Of a DNA stretch of 64,000 nt, positions 11,839-25,900 are shown one piece after another; positions within the stretch are counted from its first letter, which is position 1, and each line of letters opens with the position of its first letter. Origin of the DNA: Podarcis filfolensis (Eukaryota); assembly GCA_964270895.1 (NCBI GenBank), contig OZ185435.1, one strand, 5' to 3'. Both the position numbers and the translations under genes were made by a program. The notes under the pieces were generated by a model, which saw nothing but the letters and a program-made list of their open reading frames with translations, did not search any database and was not told the DNA's origin.

Positions 11839-13294
11839 TAGACCTCCGAAACTTGTTTGTGCTGATGGAACAATCTCCTTAGTGCTACATTGAAATCCAC
11901 CCATAATTTCTATTTTGCCCTTCCTTCCAAAGGAACCTAGGGCAGCCAACAACAAATCAGTAAATACAAATAACATAAAAACAAAAGCATATTTAAAATA
12001 TTTAAAAATTAAAACATCTAAAAACATTTAGAAACAATGATTGTTTTGAACTATTTTTTATTCAGAGTAGACTCATTGAAATTTATGGTTATGATGAACT
12101 TTATTACATAAACTAATGCCATATTAAATCTAGGGATGAATGGATCAGTTCTAGTCAGTATCACTTTAAACATTGATCTTTTCTTGGTCTGTTATGCCCC
12201 TTTTCCCTGTGATTTTTTTGTTTTGTTTTTAACTTCAGCAAAATTGAGAGGACAGAAACAATCATAGTTCTGCATAGTAGTCTGAAAGCAGGACTGCCTT
12301 TAGAAATCTTTGAAAATATTTTCTATGCGGGTAGCTGCTACTGCAAGCATGTTAGAAACTGGTGTGCCCTTGTTCAAAAAGTGACAGCAGGTATCTCTGG
12401 GAAGGATGGTATATGATGACATGCCATCCTTCAAGCGATCATGGGTATGGAAAATAGATGGCTGTTCCCCGTATTCCAAATTAGTGTATTAAAAAAGATT
12501 TTTTTTTTAAAAAAAACCCTCTGAAGTAGAGCTGAGAATTTCCTATTCTTTCAGTAGTAAATATTCAATGATACTCAATTAAACATTCACTTTTGGCTTT
12601 TTTTTTTTGTATCTCTCAAGTTGTACATGGTTTTGATAAAATTTTGTATGGAGCTGGACCTCTACTTTGTTCTGAAATTCTTTTCTGTTGGATTTGATTT
12701 CTGTTTCTGTACATTGCTTTGAGATTCCTTTGATTATAAGGTGATAAAGAAATTTTCTTACAAAATAAAACAAATGTATCCCTATCTCTAATGCATTATC
12801 CTACTTACTGATAAGAATTCATCTTTTCTAACATCTCTGCTCTTGGGGTTTATTTTGTTTTTCTTATTTGTTCTTACTTCTCTAGATCTTGCTTTAACCA
12901 AGAATGGAAAATCGAGTGTGACAGAAAGTCACAAACTCCTGCTGAAAGTGAATGTTTGGCATTTGGGGAAAGGGAAAGTTTAATTGTTTCTCTTCCTCCT
13001 AGCGGCTCACACCTTTCAAATGTCACTCCTCACTTCCAATTCACTGGGTTGTATGTTTAGTTTTTATTTTACTCCTCTTGCCACTACCACCTTTCTCTTT
13101 TATTCATTTGCTAGAAATGGCACTGTTTAGTTTAAACTACAAGACAATATATATTTGATTTCAAGCCTTGTGAGAAACAGCTAGCATATAGATGCACAAA
13201 TTGGAATATTGCCATTTCAAGCATTTTTTTCAGAGTCACAAAACAATTTGACAATTTAATCTTCGAGTTTATTATTTTTGTAATTTGCCTCTTT

Positions 13295-13432
13295 AGAGCA
13301 GCAGCAGCCAATGTGCTGGACTCCAGGTGTTTTGGACTACAACTGCCATAATCCCTGACCACTGGCCATGCTGGTTAGGACTGGTTGAAGCTGTAGTCTA
13401 CAACATCTGGATAGCACCTTTTTGACTAGCAC
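13295..13432. mobile_element. Palindromic squamate MITE (ggactacaactccc...gttgtagtcc family)
   Basis: ctccaggtgttttggactacaactgcc...gctgtagtctacaacatctgga internal inverted repeat. Confidence 0.75.
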
Positions 13433-13435
13433 TAC

Positions 13436-13567
13436 GCCTGCTTTTTTTCCAGGGGGTACTCAAGGGCACGCAGTACTGCCCTCTTTTTTGTTGTTGATAA
13501 AATGTGGCACTTACTGTAACAAGTTCATGGTGAGTACCAGCACCTGTTTTTCTAGAAAAAAGCACTG
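13436..13567. mobile_element. hAT-type MITE (CAGTGCTTTTTT TIR family, second subtype)
   Basis: Left end tgctttttttcc (degenerate), right end tctagaaaaaagcactg. Confidence 0.75.
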
Positions 13568-13596
13568 GAGATAATCACTCATTTACAGCAAGGCAA

Positions 13597-13842
13597 TACA
13601 GTGGTACCTCGGGTTAAGAACTTAATTCGTTCTGGAGGTCTGCTCTTAACCTGAAACTGTTCTTAATCTGAGGTAACACTTTAGCTAATGGGGCCACCAG
13701 CTGCCGCTGTGCCGCCGCTGCGTAATTTCTGTTCTCATCCTGAAGCAAAGTTCTTAACCCGAGGTACTGTTTCTGGGTTAGCGGAGTCTGTAACCTGAAG
13801 CTTCTGTAACCTGAAGCGTCTGTAACCCGAGGTACCACTGTA
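13597..13842 (-). mobile_element. Tc1/mariner MITE, copy C, complete, reverse orientation to copy B
   Basis: TA-cagtggtacctcgggtta ... taacccgaggtaccactg-TA, with the interior the reverse complement of copy B. Confidence 0.93.
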
Positions 13843-14859
13843 CAAATATGTCTACTAACTAAAGCTTTTGAACTGCAAGGAAAAGAAATGACATTTGCTC
13901 CAACACCAATATCAAGACATTAGTCAATGTAGGGTAAATATGAACCTGATGTTATTAAAACAGCTTATCTGCAAGGTGGACTATGGCCCACCAGTAGACC
14001 ATTGCAAATCTTGAAGGCTCTTGTAAACAGAAGCCACACCTTGAAAATGACCTGGGCTTTGCAAACATAAGCGTTTGTACAACTTTTTATCCATTTAGGT
14101 GTTTTCTTCAATGTAGTCAGAATGATTTTTGCCAAGCGCAAAAAATAGGATCACTGTGTCATACTATTATTTATACATTTGGAAATTGGAACACTTAACT
14201 ATACAGTGTACTACAAAACTGAGAATGTATGCTATATATGTTCTAAAGATGTGTCAAGAAACTGTTCCTAGAAGGGTTCATACCCACACTTTATGTGCTC
14301 AAACACAATTTTGCCATTTGTACTCTTTTGACTATTCTGCTTAATGGCAACTATAATCACTTGATTATAGCCCTGCATCATGAAAGAAGGTAGATATCAC
14401 TTTCTAGAATTTAATGTACATTCATTCCTTTTATCTTTTTGCTTTATAGAAATGAAGACAGGAATCAAATTGGTACATTACAGTGGCAGCATTGCTCTTA
14501 TTCTCAGAGCTATGCTCGTTTTTCTTGTACCCGTGGATAAAGTTCTATCTATATATCTACTATGTGTGTCATGAAAAAATAGAATCCATTCCAGTCCCTT
14601 CTGAGAAAAATTACTGTGCTATATATAATGAACAACATTATGCAAATGCCTCTCTCTATAAACCAGGCACTAAACTAGCTTTACTAAATACTGTAGTTTG
14701 TTATAAGGTTCCAGATTATATACCCCCAAAATACCAGAGATCAGCTAGACATTGTAATTTTGTCTGTATTTTGTATTGTTGTCTGTGGTAACTACTGAGT
14801 ATGCTTAGGGGGGTTGAGACATGTTTAATTTCCAAGCCATCTGTTTTTCTTCTTTTGGT

Positions 14860-15141
14860 AAGCTGTTGTATCCTATACAATTACATTATAGCTGTAATGC
14901 AGTAATTAATAGATTCCACCAGTGGGAATGGAAACATTTTTTGCCAATTTCTCTCCCCACTCAACCCCTGCAGCTGCCCACATACAATTTGCCCTGGAGG
15001 TTCCTGCAATCCTCCAGAATATGTTTTGAGGCAAATTGGGGAGCTGCAGGGAAGACGATGGATTTTCAACAAAAATCTTCTCTCCCTGTTTTGCTTTTGG
15101 GTGCTTTTTGTAAGTAGAGCGAGCTCAGTTGGATTCCACCC
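14860..15141. mobile_element. Degenerate MITE ending AGTTGGATTCCACCC
   Basis: Internal inverted repeat caatttgccctggagg...cctccag...ggcaaattg. The end resembles the termini at 19300, 25725 and 46434. Confidence 0.4.
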
Positions 15142-18100
15142 ATTGTGTTTAAGAAATTTACTGAGCAGTTTAGAATGAGACAAGTGTATTAACTTTGTTC
15201 AGATGGCCTTGTGTAATGAGGAGACTCACCAGCCATGTCATTCATGGCATATTAAGAAGACTGGAATAGAGTCTTTAAAGACAAACCTTGTCAAGGGCAT
15301 GTTATATGGTACAGTTCAAAAATTATGCATATTGAAACTAACAGAGTTAAATTCAGTGCAAGGCTAGAAAAGGCCATGTTGAAACACTTCAGATTTGATA
15401 TGGAAATCCCTTCAGCATTAGTTTCATGTTGTAACTCCATAGTTTCTGTGAGGCTACAGTCAAAACTCTATTTTCAATCATTTATCAGCTTCCCCCCCCC
15501 AAAAAAAAACTAAAAGAAGTGTGGGAGAAACTTTTTATGTACTCTAGATCTTGTTCTTGTATACAAATTCAGTAATTAGTTGTGCATGAGTAAATGCTGG
15601 TTGTACTGGGAATCCTACTAAATACTGATGCAGAGGTCATTATTAATCATTCATATGTGGCATGAAGTGTTGGCTTGAGAGTACTGCTGTGGAGCACAAT
15701 ATTATCAAAGGAGCAAAGCTAGTGTCATATGTTCCCACTGGCTAGTTTATGCATTTGGCAGTCCCCACTTGAAAAGGGTACATGCCTGAATAAGTCTTCT
15801 GTTAACGGCATACTCAACTTATGTGAACTATGGGAGCTGGCTACTAGACCAATCATCCTTTTGTTTGTGGAGTATATTTTCTATTACACTCAATTCTCTT
15901 TACTGTTGCTTGCAAGTGTTTTATGTAGTCCCATCACTCCAGGATCTAAGAGCTTCTCTTGTTTCTTGGTGTGTTGATTTTGTGCAGTGAATGGTTTGAT
16001 TTCCATATAGTTCATCACTATGGCAAATGCTATGAATGAAAACTTTGCAGTAGGCAATACAATAAGGTGCATGCAGGCACACAGTACCATCACTGTTCTT
16101 TTGAAGTTAGGGAACAGCAGCTTATTGGAGGAGCCAGACTTTTTGATCAGCTAGATCCGCCCATGAAGAGCAAAAACATTGCCTTAACTGTAGCTGACTT
16201 CCAAGGAAGGAAGTCTATTTATTTGGAGGTTGACAATGTCAACAGATTGTCATTTGTGGGGTAACTTCAAAGGCATGTCTGGGGTAAACTCTTAGTAGTA
16301 CTTATTCTTTTCTGCCCTATTGCCCTTAAGGACACGATTCATATAATTCCACACAACACAGAAAATTTAAAACAGAGGAATGCTTAAGTTTTAATTTTTT
16401 AAGCAGTACTGTTTGTTTTGTAAGATCTCAGTAATACAATTCTACAACTATGCATTGGATTGGGGATTTAAAAAAAAACCCACAGCAAATTTCTATTTGA
16501 AATTTTCTGTCTGCTGTGTTATTTCAATAATATGTTGTATCTGTTTAGCATGACATGATCAATGTTTGTGCAACTTACTGAATAAATAGTGTGTAGATAG
16601 CATCATATCAGCTGAATAACAGAAGAACATTCAGGTTTCATAGGTCTGGAGTGGGACACACCATTAAAACACTAGTTTACTTTGTGAGTATTTCAACTAA
16701 AGGTTAACAAAATATTTTACCCACAGTGGTATGTTTATCGTGGAACATCACCATACCTTTTGTGATCAATATAAATCCATAAAGATTGGGATCTATAGCA
16801 TAGTAAATCTTTAGCACTGGCAATTATTGCTACTAGTATAGTAGTTACAAGAATTCATGATGTATTAATGGAGATAGTGTGAAAATACATTATAATTGGA
16901 GATATCACAGAGTGCAAACATTTGATTTAATTGGGTCAAACTAACAGGGGGCTCTTTATCCTGTTCCCAAGACAGTTGTACTATCTGCATTCAGCTCTGG
17001 TTTACAAGCAAATTACAGTGTGTTACAGAATATTGTAAGTTAATTGGTCTCTTCAAAGGTTGTGTGCTGAAACTGTGCTACACCTGGTACTCTGTATCAG
17101 GTTTGACTGGAGTTTAAAACAGGCAGCTGTATTAATTTTGCTTCCTAAAATTTCCTCAGTACCTCAAGATTTATTATAATCAAACTATATTACAATCCAG
17201 TACAATTTGAATGCTTCATTACACCCCACTGAAATCAATGTGAATTCATTCGTTATGTAGGACACCACATTGTTTTAAAAACATATTCAGAGTCCTAGGA
17301 ATCTAAGGTAAAATGAGGTGTGTTAATCTCCAGAAAAACACAGATTCATGATGTCTTAATATTTTAACATTAATGCATATGGGGAATAAGTTGGAAAGGT
17401 GCATCTTGAAGATGGATTTGTTTACTTTTATATAAAAATATAAATATTTAGATTTATAGTTGTCCAATCCCAAGGCCTGAGGGTACACAATGAAACATTA
17501 TAATATCAACAACATTAGCATTGCTAAAACATGTCTATTATGTCTGGGCTTGCCATTTGTAGTTGGATTTGGGAATACTAAGTGGCAGATTTTTCAAAAA
17601 TAAAAATCATCTTCAGCATCCATTGCCTTCTGTGGAAAGGACACAATTAAAACAAAGCCCTTTATTAGGCACTCAAGATGAAGAAGAGCGAAATATAAAG
17701 TTAAAACAGGTGGTGTACAGTATTCCATACGGGGAAAAAATCTTTAGTTTTCATATGTTGATTAATAAAAGGATGTTAATAAAATGTGGTATGGTTTTAT
17801 AAGCATAGAACAAATTGCTTACTTTTGTTTTCACCAGTGACATTTTAACATACTCTTGTGTTTACATTTCTTTTAACAGGGATTAACTTCCCTCACTGTA
17901 GTTTTGCAGGCAATTAGGGTATTTCACTATGAAAATATTCTGTATCGTAGAAGTCCTCCTAGGAGAGTTAAGAAGGATGGGTCCATAGGGTAGGGATTTA
18001 TGATAAATGGGGCAGGAGGAAACAACTCCAGAAGCAGCATGACATGAAGGTCAAGCACTTTTCAAGCAAGCAGCACTAGCAGAGATACAAAGAGCACAGT

Positions 18101-19129
18101 ACATTACCACAGCATCCCTCCATCAAGGCAATGTACCGGTAATTGGAGAGCCTTCTTAATTCAGGCCTTCTGATTAGAAGCTAGACTTGTCAGTCATAAA
18201 AGAGCTCTCCCTCCCCATCCTCATCAGGCTCCTGTTTTGCTATGAGCTGCTTTAGAGAGATCCTGAATCTTGTTTAATTGATACAGTTCAGCTTGGTATT
18301 CAGATGAATCTGATCCACAGCTCTAGAACGTATGATTCCAGCTTCTCCCTCTTGAAGAGGGAAATTGTAGAGTTACTTATTCCATTGTGGTCCATCAACT
18401 TCAGAGCAACAGTGAAAATCAATTTTTATGATATTTAGTAAAGAAGTTTAGAAAAGAATAAGAATAAGAAATGTATGAGCAATTTGATTTCCTTTTATTC
18501 TTCTGACTCTACTGCCATGTGTTAGGGAACAAGCAGGAAATATTATTGCACAATGCGTCATTAAAAAAAAAAATTGTCCTAAGGCACTTCTTGCCATCAG
18601 ATGATAAAGGAATTCAGAATTCCTCTTACAACTGGGAAAGATGTATAGTATATCAGGAATGGAAGCTATACAGTGCTACTCAAAATAGCTCTTGACAGAC
18701 CTTAATATCCTCCTGATGATTTAATGGCATAGTTCAGTTGTGGAGATCTTTCATGATGGTGGAGTCCAATTCTTGCCTTTTATTGCTCCCCCTGAGTGAT
18801 GATGGCCAACTTCCTGCTGCTGCTAGTCAAAATATGTATTGGTTTCTAAGGGAGCTATGTGTGTGTGCAGGGGGTGATGTTCAGAATTATAGGAATCAAC
18901 TCTACTTAAATAAGTTCAGTAAATAAGGTAGTTCAGTAGAGAGCTAGAGATGGGAACAGGAATGGGAACAGGAGGAGAGGGATGTCTTATCATTCAAGTA
19001 AAACAGTTTATGGATATATTATATCCATCCTGAAAATGTGTCTAGGTTGTGATCCTGAAAGGCAAAAGTGCTCATGCATGTTTGGGCAGCAGTGGTAATT
19101 GTTGGAGTGTGGGTGGGGGAGAGCCATTG

Positions 19130-19313
19130 CCAGCCAAGAACTAACTGCATAAGGATACAGTACTTCCCCTGTGTGGGAGATGCTGCTCTCCATTGTTGGG
19201 GAGGACATGTTTTTGAGCAGTATGATGCATGAGAGGAAGAGGGGAAAGTCCCCTTACAAAGGTTAAGTCCTTCTTTGCGACTTCTTTTGATAGAACTCAT
19301 TAGTTGAATCCTG
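19130..19313. mobile_element. Degenerate MITE ending TTAGTTGAATCCTG
   Basis: Terminal motif at 19300-19313 and a ggggaaagtccc interior like the 25725 and 46434 elements. The left boundary is uncertain. Confidence 0.35.
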
Positions 19314-22300
19314 TCCAGAAAGTTTTATCCTCAGACGACACTGGCTTTTTGCTTCCTGACTAGTCCCAAAGAAAATAACAAACACAGTGTGAAGGCAGGG
19401 TAATGGGGTGGGGGGGTGTATCGCAGAAACTAAACAAGTCTGACTCTCACAGCGACCCCTTGATTGGAGCATCTTGGAAAAGAATAGTGCAGAATAGCTT
19501 CCTGGCTGCACAAAGTGGGGACTGAAAGTTATATGAAAGAAACTTCCTATCAGGCATTAATTCTTACACAAAAGGCAGTCTTGTTAAGGACAGGCCTAGA
19601 TAGAAGGGACATTAAATGACAACGAATACAGGTAATAAGCTGACATCAGATATAATTTTTCCACTAGAGAGCAGTCAACTTTCTAAAGTGTTCTGAAAGA
19701 ATAAAGGTGGAATTATTTGCCAAGCAATGTAAATCCAACCACCTGGGGAAGGTGTGTGCTGGATGATGCTCATAGTAACATTTCCTGGAGTTAATTAGTA
19801 TCTAAATAGGAGCATCAAAGTGAATATTTCCATTGGTCTCTGAGTAACAGAAGTCTTTGCAGTATTCACATTTTTCTATGAATGTTCTGGAGGCAGACTG
19901 TTGGTTTTTTTTACTGAAAGCATTCCAGCCCTGCAAATACATCAAAATATGCAGTAAAGAAATCATCTTTAATTGTGGGTCGCTGACATGGGATTTTATT
20001 CACATGCCTGGCCAAGTCGCATCACACATTCAGCATAACCCTGGAGTGATGGATCTCCTTTAGCAGTGATCAAGAATGTAGTATCTTCCTCAAGTGCACC
20101 TTTCTCGCATAGGGCTGTAAACACACCTCTGGATATGATTATTGGCACCCCTAAACAAAATCAAAGTGACAACTTTTGGGAGGGTTTTTTTTGTTTTGTT
20201 TTGCACCTTTATTTGCAATAATTAATCTGTGTCCTCTGGAAGAGTGTTAGCTTTTGCGCCAGTGCCAAGCTTGAAAGAACTGGGCTTTCCAGAACAATAA
20301 CCTTAGCATGCCAGGAGTCAGTAGATGCCTTCTGCTCCGCTCTCTGGCTTGCAAATACAGTATCTACAAACAGAACATTCAGGTCCATATCCTGAAGCTC
20401 AGTTGTTTGCTTAGCCCTGCACGGTTTTGCAAAGTGATGTTTTCCTCAGCAATAAAAACAAACAGCTCCATGCACCTGGCAATTCCTGGGTCTGCTCTTT
20501 CCGTTTGTGCTGGAGTTTGCAGGAAACTTCCTTACTTTTTGTATTCCTATAACTTTCTTTTTCTCTTGAGCACTGCATGTGTTTTCCTCTCTGCAGCTCC
20601 AAGAGCTTGCAACTGCTATGCCTCTTCTTCAGCTCCATAAATGACAACAGCCTGTCAGCCTGCCAGCCCTCATCTGGTCTGATCTAATACCATAAATAAT
20701 ACAATATCTAATGAGTGAGTCACCCATGCCTCCAAATCACAAGTTTGTAAAGCAGCTTTAATTATGTAACATGGGGATCAATTATTTTCCTCTTCTGTTC
20801 CAGCTCTGGTTAAGTACTTGTCACGTTCTTTTTTGGAGCACAGTAACAATTGTGATATTCTGCTAGTCAGCCTCTCAGTAAAAGGTTGGGAACTCTTGAA
20901 AACCTCCCCGGCTTCTTCTGCAACCACATGCAGAAACAGAAACAGTATGGAATCTTTCATCTTTTGCATCTACACCACAAGCAATGCTATAAACGTCAAT
21001 GCCTTGCTTCTGCTTCCTCCTCTTGCTGGCCGTGCTGCCTGGAAGCAGCAACTTTCCTAAAGGCACTCTTTCTGCAATAACCACACTGTTCAGATACCAG
21101 TGTGGAATAGGCCCAACTCTTGACACCATGTGGTAGTCTTACATGGGTGCTTTGTGCATCTACTCAAATGATTTCACACCTCCCTGTTAACCATGCACCC
21201 CAGCAGACTTCTGCAGAACTGTTGAACAGTTGCTTTATTAGACAGTTAACAAACAGGAATGGATCTGAGCGTTGTCCCTCCCACCCCTGCAAAACTCAGC
21301 TGGTGAAATAAAAGCACAAACACAAATCCCATTCAGTGAGTCATAGGAGGGGTGATCGTTATAGCCAATCTCCTTTTAAACATCTACACACCACATACCA
21401 TTGATAACTTTATTATCAAATACAACAAAGATATTATGGCTGTCACATAGGATGTTTTAAGAAAGACTTGTGGATGTGCCAAGCAGTGTCCATAATGTAT
21501 AAGTGTTGCATACAATCTGAATTACCTGAGCAGATGGACTGTTGTTATATTAGAGATAGCAGTGACCAGAAATGTGTGGCATGGAGATTATCCTTGTGTT
21601 TTGGGCAATCCATACAATAAACCTAATTCCAAATATTATTTCCTGTGGCATCCTAGATGGCAACATAGCATTAGAATAGCTCATTGTACAGCAGGCTATA
21701 GTTAGAAAAAAATAGGGATACTAAGGCACTTCATGATCACAGATAAGCCAGTGTTGGAATTTCTACTGATTTCTAAGATGCTCTCCAGATAACATCTGAA
21801 CTTGGGAAAAGTAATGCTGTTGTGATCCTGGTTGGCACTGCTTACTGATGCATTCACTAACAAATGCAGCCACACTCATATGACAGGTTCACATAATGCT
21901 ACTATGAGTCTTTCCCCCCCTGTCCAGAATACATGATTATTCTTGGCAAAACAATTCGTGTCACATCACTACACATTTTCCCATGCTGTGAAACAACCTT
22001 TTCAGTCTTTAGAAAAAAGAAAGAGGGTGTCAAATAAGGCATAAAAATCACAAGTCATAATCATTTTTTTGTGAATGGCGGAGCACATCACTTGAGCTAC
22101 ATTCTCACCTATTTAGTTTTCGGGATAGATTACGCGTGTACCATTTGACAAGACCAAATGTGCATGAAGTGTGAATGAGCAAGCATAGTGTTTTCTAAGA
22201 AGGCACTAAAACATAAATTGGAAACTTCGGATTCCAGAAGTCTACTTTTGGGTATCTCTGTTTTGCTGTCTTCAGTAATGAAATTTAAAATCTTGCCTTT

Positions 22301-22609
22301 TAAAAGATTTGGTGGTTTTTTTGGTATGTTTCAGAAAGAAAGGAGTGTTGAGCCTTCAAGCTGATGTTTGTTGGTTGTTGCTGTCTGCACAGGAACCCTA
22401 AAAGTAGTGGGTTTAAAAAGATATAAGTATTAGCTATTTTTCGGGGATATTTTTACATCTGCTTATATAATAGGCAAATAACAGAGTTAAAAGCTCTGTT
22501 TGAGGAACAAATTCCTCAAAGTTATTAAAACTTTATTTTCCCCCACACAAATTATATAAATAATAATGCTAAATTCAGTTTATTTCTGAGTCTTTTTTAT
22601 CAAAATGGC

Positions 22610-23855
22610 TCCGGCCACTTTCAAAGAGACAGTCATAAGGCCACTCCTTATGAAAGCATCTTTTGACCATGAAAATTATTCCAACTATGCGCCAATTGCA
22701 AAGATACTCTTTGGGGGCAAGTTGTCTGAGTGAATGGTTGCTAAAAACACTTTTGGATGACATGGATGATCTAGATCCATTTCAGCCAAGTGTCCAGCTC
22801 AGTTTTGGCACTGAAATAGCATTAGTCACACTGATGGATGACATCTGTTGGGAGAAAGGCAAGGCAAATGTGCTTCTTTTAATTCTCTTAGTTTTCTTGG
22901 ATGCTTTTGATACATACCTTTAGTCATTGTATCCTTATGGACTTGTTACCTGAGGTTGGAACTGGGGGCACTGTGCTTCATTGGTTCCTTTGGTTCCGTT
23001 CATTCCTGGATAGTCGGTTCCAGAAGCAATGCTGGGGGACTACTGCTCTGTCCCAAGACAGCTATGCTATGGGCTTCTTTAGAGCTATATTCTGTCTCCC
23101 ATGCTGTTCAACTTCTACTTGCCACTGCTGAATGGGGTCATCTGGGGATTTGGGGTGTGGTGTCATCAGTTTGCTGATGACACTCAACTCTATTTCTCCT
23201 TTTCATCAAATTCAGGTGATGCTGTCGAAGTCCTGAACCGATGTCTGAGATCAGTAATGGATTGGATGAGGGCCAGTAAGCTGAAGCTCAATCTCGATAA
23301 GACGGAGATGCTATTGGTAGGTGGTTTGTATGTTTTGGGAGATGCTGTGTAGCCTGTTCTGCATGGGGTTGTATTGCCCCTTAAGGACCAGGTTCATAGG
23401 TTGGGGGTGGTTTTAGACCTGACCGTAACTAGTGGTTTGGTGACACAGACCACCTTTCACCAGCTTAATATAGAGATGGTCTAGCCACAGTGATTCTCAC
23501 TCTGGTAACATCCCTTCAGGACTACTGCAAAGTGCTTTCCATAGGGGTGCCCTTGAAGAATTGTATAAAATTAGAAACTATAGTTAATACAAAACGTGAC
23601 AGCTAGGGTTACTAACTAGGACTGGGCATATGGAAAACATTTCCAAGTCTTGAAACAGCTTCATTGGCTCCCAGTCAATTTATGGGCTCAGTTTAAAGTG
23701 TTGGTTTTAGCTTTCAGAATTTAGGACTAAAAGTACCTCAAGGATTATCTCTTTCTGCACAAACCTGCCCAGGTATTAAGATCTTTGAGGCATTTTTCAA
23801 TACTTTGAGCTATTTATAGCAAGGTGGGCTGTGACCTAGGATGGGTACTTTTGTA
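22610..23855 (+). mobile_element. Decayed L2-clade LINE, RT to 3' region
   Basis: Disrupted motifs KETVIRPLL, DPFQ, FGTEIALVTLMDD, LLILL..DAFDT, CHQFADDTQLYFSF and KLKLNLDKTEMLL (ORFs 22663-22923, 23101-23352). Confidence 0.9.
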
Positions 23856-24484
23856 GTGCTTTTAGATAATTTTACAACAAACTGTCATAGTTATATGTTT
23901 GTATAACTGTCTTTTCCAGTGCAGTCCTATTCTCTTCAGCCATACAGATGTAACTCAGGAGATAAGCTAGCCCACAATATTCCCTACTGAAAATGTATTG
24001 TTTTTGTTTTGTATATTATGGACTTCTATACCTGAGAGAACAAAAAGATTGGAAAGATTGATTCCTTTTCATTTTGTTGCATATTGTTTTTGATTTTGGA
24101 TAGAAGCCTTATGAGCAGGGGTACCTATGAGGCTAGACCTACAGTAGCTCTGTGCCTCCTGATGTTTATCGTTAACAGTGAACACAATTTTAGAGGTGGT
24201 GACCCTCATTTGTCATACTGTCACCAAACTGTCATTTCTTCACAAGCTCCCCTATAAGCCTGAGCTGCGCAAAATGAGCAGGACCTCAGGTAGAAAAGCA
24301 CAGCATCCATAAAGAAACCCTCAATTTTCTAGTTGAGAAAACAAATCATTGCTGATTTTCTGAGAACTGTCTTTTTGAATCAGGCCAAGCGGCCTGATGC
24401 AGTCCAGTATTCTGTTGTTAGCAGCAGTCAGGCAATTGCCTCTTTGAAATTCACAGGAAGGGCCTGATGATAATGATCTTCTTA

Positions 24485-24685
24485 GCATGGGTAGCCAACA
24501 CAATGTCCATCAGAAGTTGTTGAACTACAATTCCCATTAGCACCAGTCAATATGCCTATAGGAAGGAATGATGGGGGTTGCATTTTCTTCATTTATTAAA
24601 TTTGTTATCCTCTTTTCATTATAAAGCAATCCTAACATTGTAATCCACCGACATCTGGAGGGTACAATATTGGCTACCCCTGCCC
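24485..24685. mobile_element. Palindromic MITE (same family as 13295) with an internal insertion of about 60 bp
   Basis: Ends gggtagccaac / ttggctaccc, with interior gttgttgaactacaattccc...gacatctggag. Confidence 0.65.
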
Positions 24686-25724
24686 CTAGTTTGTGTTGAG
24701 GAGCCCAAAATCAGGTTCTGTTACTACTGTATCTGAACGTTATCGTTGGTAACATTAATCAATCAAATCATTTTAAAATCAGTCTTGGGTAGTGACCATT
24801 ACTACATCTTACAGACAGTGGATTCCTTAAATTAATTTATATGCAGTCCAGTAAACAAATGTTTCATTTTGTCTATCTGAAGGCTGTACATTTTCTTGGC
24901 ATGTCACATCTCTTCCTTATGTTCTTATGGTAAAACTTAGTCTCAAAACTGTGATGCTAAATGAAGCTGCCAATGAAGCTGAGTGGCAGGGAAACTGTGG
25001 CATATTCTTTGGTGTGGGGCTTCGGCAACCATGCAACCTGTGGAGATGTGGGGCTAAGTCAGGCTTCAGCAATCATTGCACTGTGCTAACTGAGCTTCAA
25101 CCAACCTCCTATCCTTTTAATCAATGCTTGCACACATGCAAACACACTGTGTGCTATGATGCAATGTTACACTATATATACATATGCATTCCACTGAAGA
25201 TTGGTGCATGTTGTTAAAATCTTTATTATGCTGTACTGTCTTTTTAAATTACATCTGGTTTATATTTATAAGGTCAGCTTTTCATTTTCCCCACAGCTGT
25301 CTATAATGCTTTGCATTATGATTCATACTCTGTAAAACCATCACAAATCAGCTCATATTTAGATGAAACTTCTCACGTAAGCTTTTCAAGTTAGTGCATG
25401 GGCATAGAATGCCCATGCTTTTAAACATGATTCTTGCTAGTCACACTATGCTGCTCACTGTTAGACAGGTCTCTTTTCCCAGCTAACTAAAGGGCTATTT
25501 ATTTTTAAATGTTATTTCAAAATAGGTTTGCATTTGAATCAGAAAGAATCCAAATATTTGTAGGGCCTAAGCCCAATATTAGTCACCCTTCATGTTTATT
25601 GTTTCAGTTGCACTGTTCCTCATCATAATTTATCTATAATACAACAAATGGGAAGATCTCTGGCTTTATGTTTGGAATCAAAGGGGTGGTCAGCTTTAGC
25701 TGGCCAGTTAGTGGACATCATAAC

Positions 25725-25900
25725 CCAGATTCAACTAACTAACCCATTTGCACTAGCAGAAGCCAGTGCAAGGGTTTTCGCTAGTGCAACAGGGCTCTCC
25801 CCCTTTCCGTGCACTGCTCTGAAATCTGCTCTGGAGAGTCAGAGGGAAAGATCAGAAGAATGCAATGCTGAAATCCTCTTCTTATTGGCTCATAATTATA
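25725..25900. mobile_element. Degenerate MITE starting CCAGATTCAACTAA
   Basis: Internal inverted repeat ttgcactagc (25748-25757) / gctagtgcaa (25780-25789). The terminal motif is complementary to that at 19300. Confidence 0.45.
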
